A stretch of DNA of 63,910 bases, the filler included, from Octopus bimaculoides (lineage: Eukaryota), in NCBI RefSeq assembly GCF_001194135.2. It is 6 parts of 5 records of this genome, joined end to end, with 100 filler letters (N's around TTAATTAATTAA, not from the genome) between each part and the next. Parts side by side here need not be neighbours in the genome. Positions count along the whole stretch, not along the records: positions 62,804 to 63,910 come from NC_069001.1; 5 more parts are not named here. One strand, 5' to 3'. The notes below the pieces were generated by a model. That model was given only the letters and a program-made list of their open reading frames with translations, had not been told where the DNA came from and did not search any database. The position numbers and the translations under genes were made by a program. Positions 62,804-63,910 of this stretch are shown here, in pieces. Within the stretch, counting starts at the first letter, position 1. Each line of letters opens with the position of its first letter.

Positions 62804-63251
62804 AAGGATCGTTGTCAATCATGGCCTTCTTGCCTGATAAGAAACTCAGACACTCCGATGTCCCTGGTGATGGACCCGATTGACTAGGAAGGATCGTTGT
62901 CAATCATGGCCTTCTTGCCTGATAAGAAAATCAGACACTCCTATGTCCCTGGTGATAGACCCGATTGACTAGGAAGGATCGTTGTCAATCATGGCCTTCT
63001 TGCCTGATAAGAAACTCAGACACTCCTATGTCCCTGGTGATGGACCCGATTGACTAGGAAGGATCGTTGTCAATCATGGCCTTCTTGCCTGATAAGAAAC
63101 TCAGACACTCCTATGCCCCTCGTGATGGACCCGATTGTCTAGGAAGGGTCGTTGTCAATCATGGCCTTCTTGCCTGATAAGAAACTCGGACACTCCTATG
63201 TCTCTGGTGATGGACCCGATTGACTAGGAAGGATCGTTGTCAATCATGGCC
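62804..63251. repeat. 85-bp tandem array, at least 5.3 copies, left end lost in a gap
   Basis: Unit starts at 62804, 62889, 62974, 63059, 63144 and 63229; copies are near-identical. Confidence 0.95.
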
Positions 63252-63606
63252 TGGATGTCACCAACAAATTCAGAAGTTCTCTTCTAATCCAAACGATTAA
63301 AGTGAGCTTCCCGAGCTGCCGTACCTTCGTAATCACCATTAAACTCACCCAACTCTTTCTGAATCTTCTGCACTATCCGTAGATTGACGCCCAAACACTC
63401 TGAAATGTTCGTGTTGGAGCTCCCGGTGCGAATGCCCAGCGGTGCAGCATTTCGTTTCCAAATTTCTGGCAGAGTGAATTGCATCATTGTGCTGTTTTCC
63501 TCACAGACAGTGTCCAAATGACCTTAGAGAAAATCAAAAGCAAACAATGCGCATGCGCGAAGTTAAAAATACAAAAAACTGGCGACAATTTACCCATCGT
63601 ACCCTG
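62804..63606 (-). mobile_element. Tc1/mariner element 5' part (TIR plus N-terminal transposase) ending in a tandem array
   Basis: TA|CAGGGTACGATGGGTAAATTGTCGCC terminus. ORF MMQFTLPEIWKR...SECLGVNLRIVQKIQKEL...FNRLD*KRTSEFVGDIQAMIDNDPS*SIGSITRDIGVSEFLIRQ (paired HTH region). Confidence 0.85.
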
Positions 63607-63612
63607 TATATA

Positions 63613-63827
63613 CGAGGGGCTGCCGAAAAGCTTTTGGCTTTGGATAAAAGAAAATACAGAAACAGCAGTTAATTGATTTAATTCAATATACTTCCCTCTC
63701 AGATTCACACACTTATTGCAGCAGTCCTTCAGTTTTTCTAAGCCCTGTAAAATAAGTCGGAAGGGTGGGCCTCCAGCCAGGCCTTTCGCGACACCCTTAA
63801 AGCCCGAACGTTTTCAGGACCCCGTCG
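63613..63827 (-). mobile_element. 215-bp mariner MITE
   Basis: TA TSDs, imperfect TIRs CGA(G/C)GGG..., and a retained transposase C-terminus LQGLEKLKDCCNKCVNLRGKYIE on the minus strand. Confidence 0.8.
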
Positions 63828-63910
63828 TATATTCATGAAATGCAATTGTGGAAACGATCGTAATTGTATAGAAACGACCGTAATTAAAGCTGATAGGTTC
63901 CATTTTCCAG

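Noticed and set aside
62804-63251. CRISPR-like regular array (also 41440-41982)
   Set aside because: No unique spacers, eukaryotic context, no cas genes; these are tandem repeats.

Overview
Repeat-rich, AT-rich animal genomic scaffold with many N gaps and dense (AT)n/(AC)n/(AAT)n/(ATAG)n/(CAC)n microsatellites. The SINE and transposon families suggest an octopus (coleoid cephalopod) draft assembly; this is an inference from recalled repeat families, not a database result. Almost every ORF in the supplied track is an artefact of gaps or microsatellites. The real coding content I found is spliced exons, all on the minus strand. (1) The last five coding exons of SLC30A9/ZnT9 (28452 to 20180), splicing in frame to the stop. 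(2) The last three exons of a clan-3-like cytochrome P450 (58387 to 54339; PERF and FxxGxRxCxG motifs). (3) An orphan first coding exon of a DEG/ENaC/ASIC-family channel (49472-49246; TLHG motif). The rest is a mosaic of SINEs, RTE LINE remnants, mariner/Tc1 fossils, piggyBac/hAT/Tc1 MITEs, a Helitron remnant, a Helentron-type HINE, an internally deleted Merlin element and Penelope-like termini. Best leads: a core-intact minimal type-I hammerhead ribozyme motif (25529-25572) with decayed siblings; the Merlin element with TIRs and a 9-bp TSD; an 85-bp satellite amplified from a dead transposase HTH exon-like segment; a 60-bp palindromic array rich in TGACC/GGTCA and E-box motifs; and the unexplained same-strand juxtaposition of partial genes around artificial TTAATTAATTAA scaffold joins. 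I found no evidence of a wholly new biological system. All alignments were done by eye, and repeat boundaries are approximate unless TIR/TSD are quoted.
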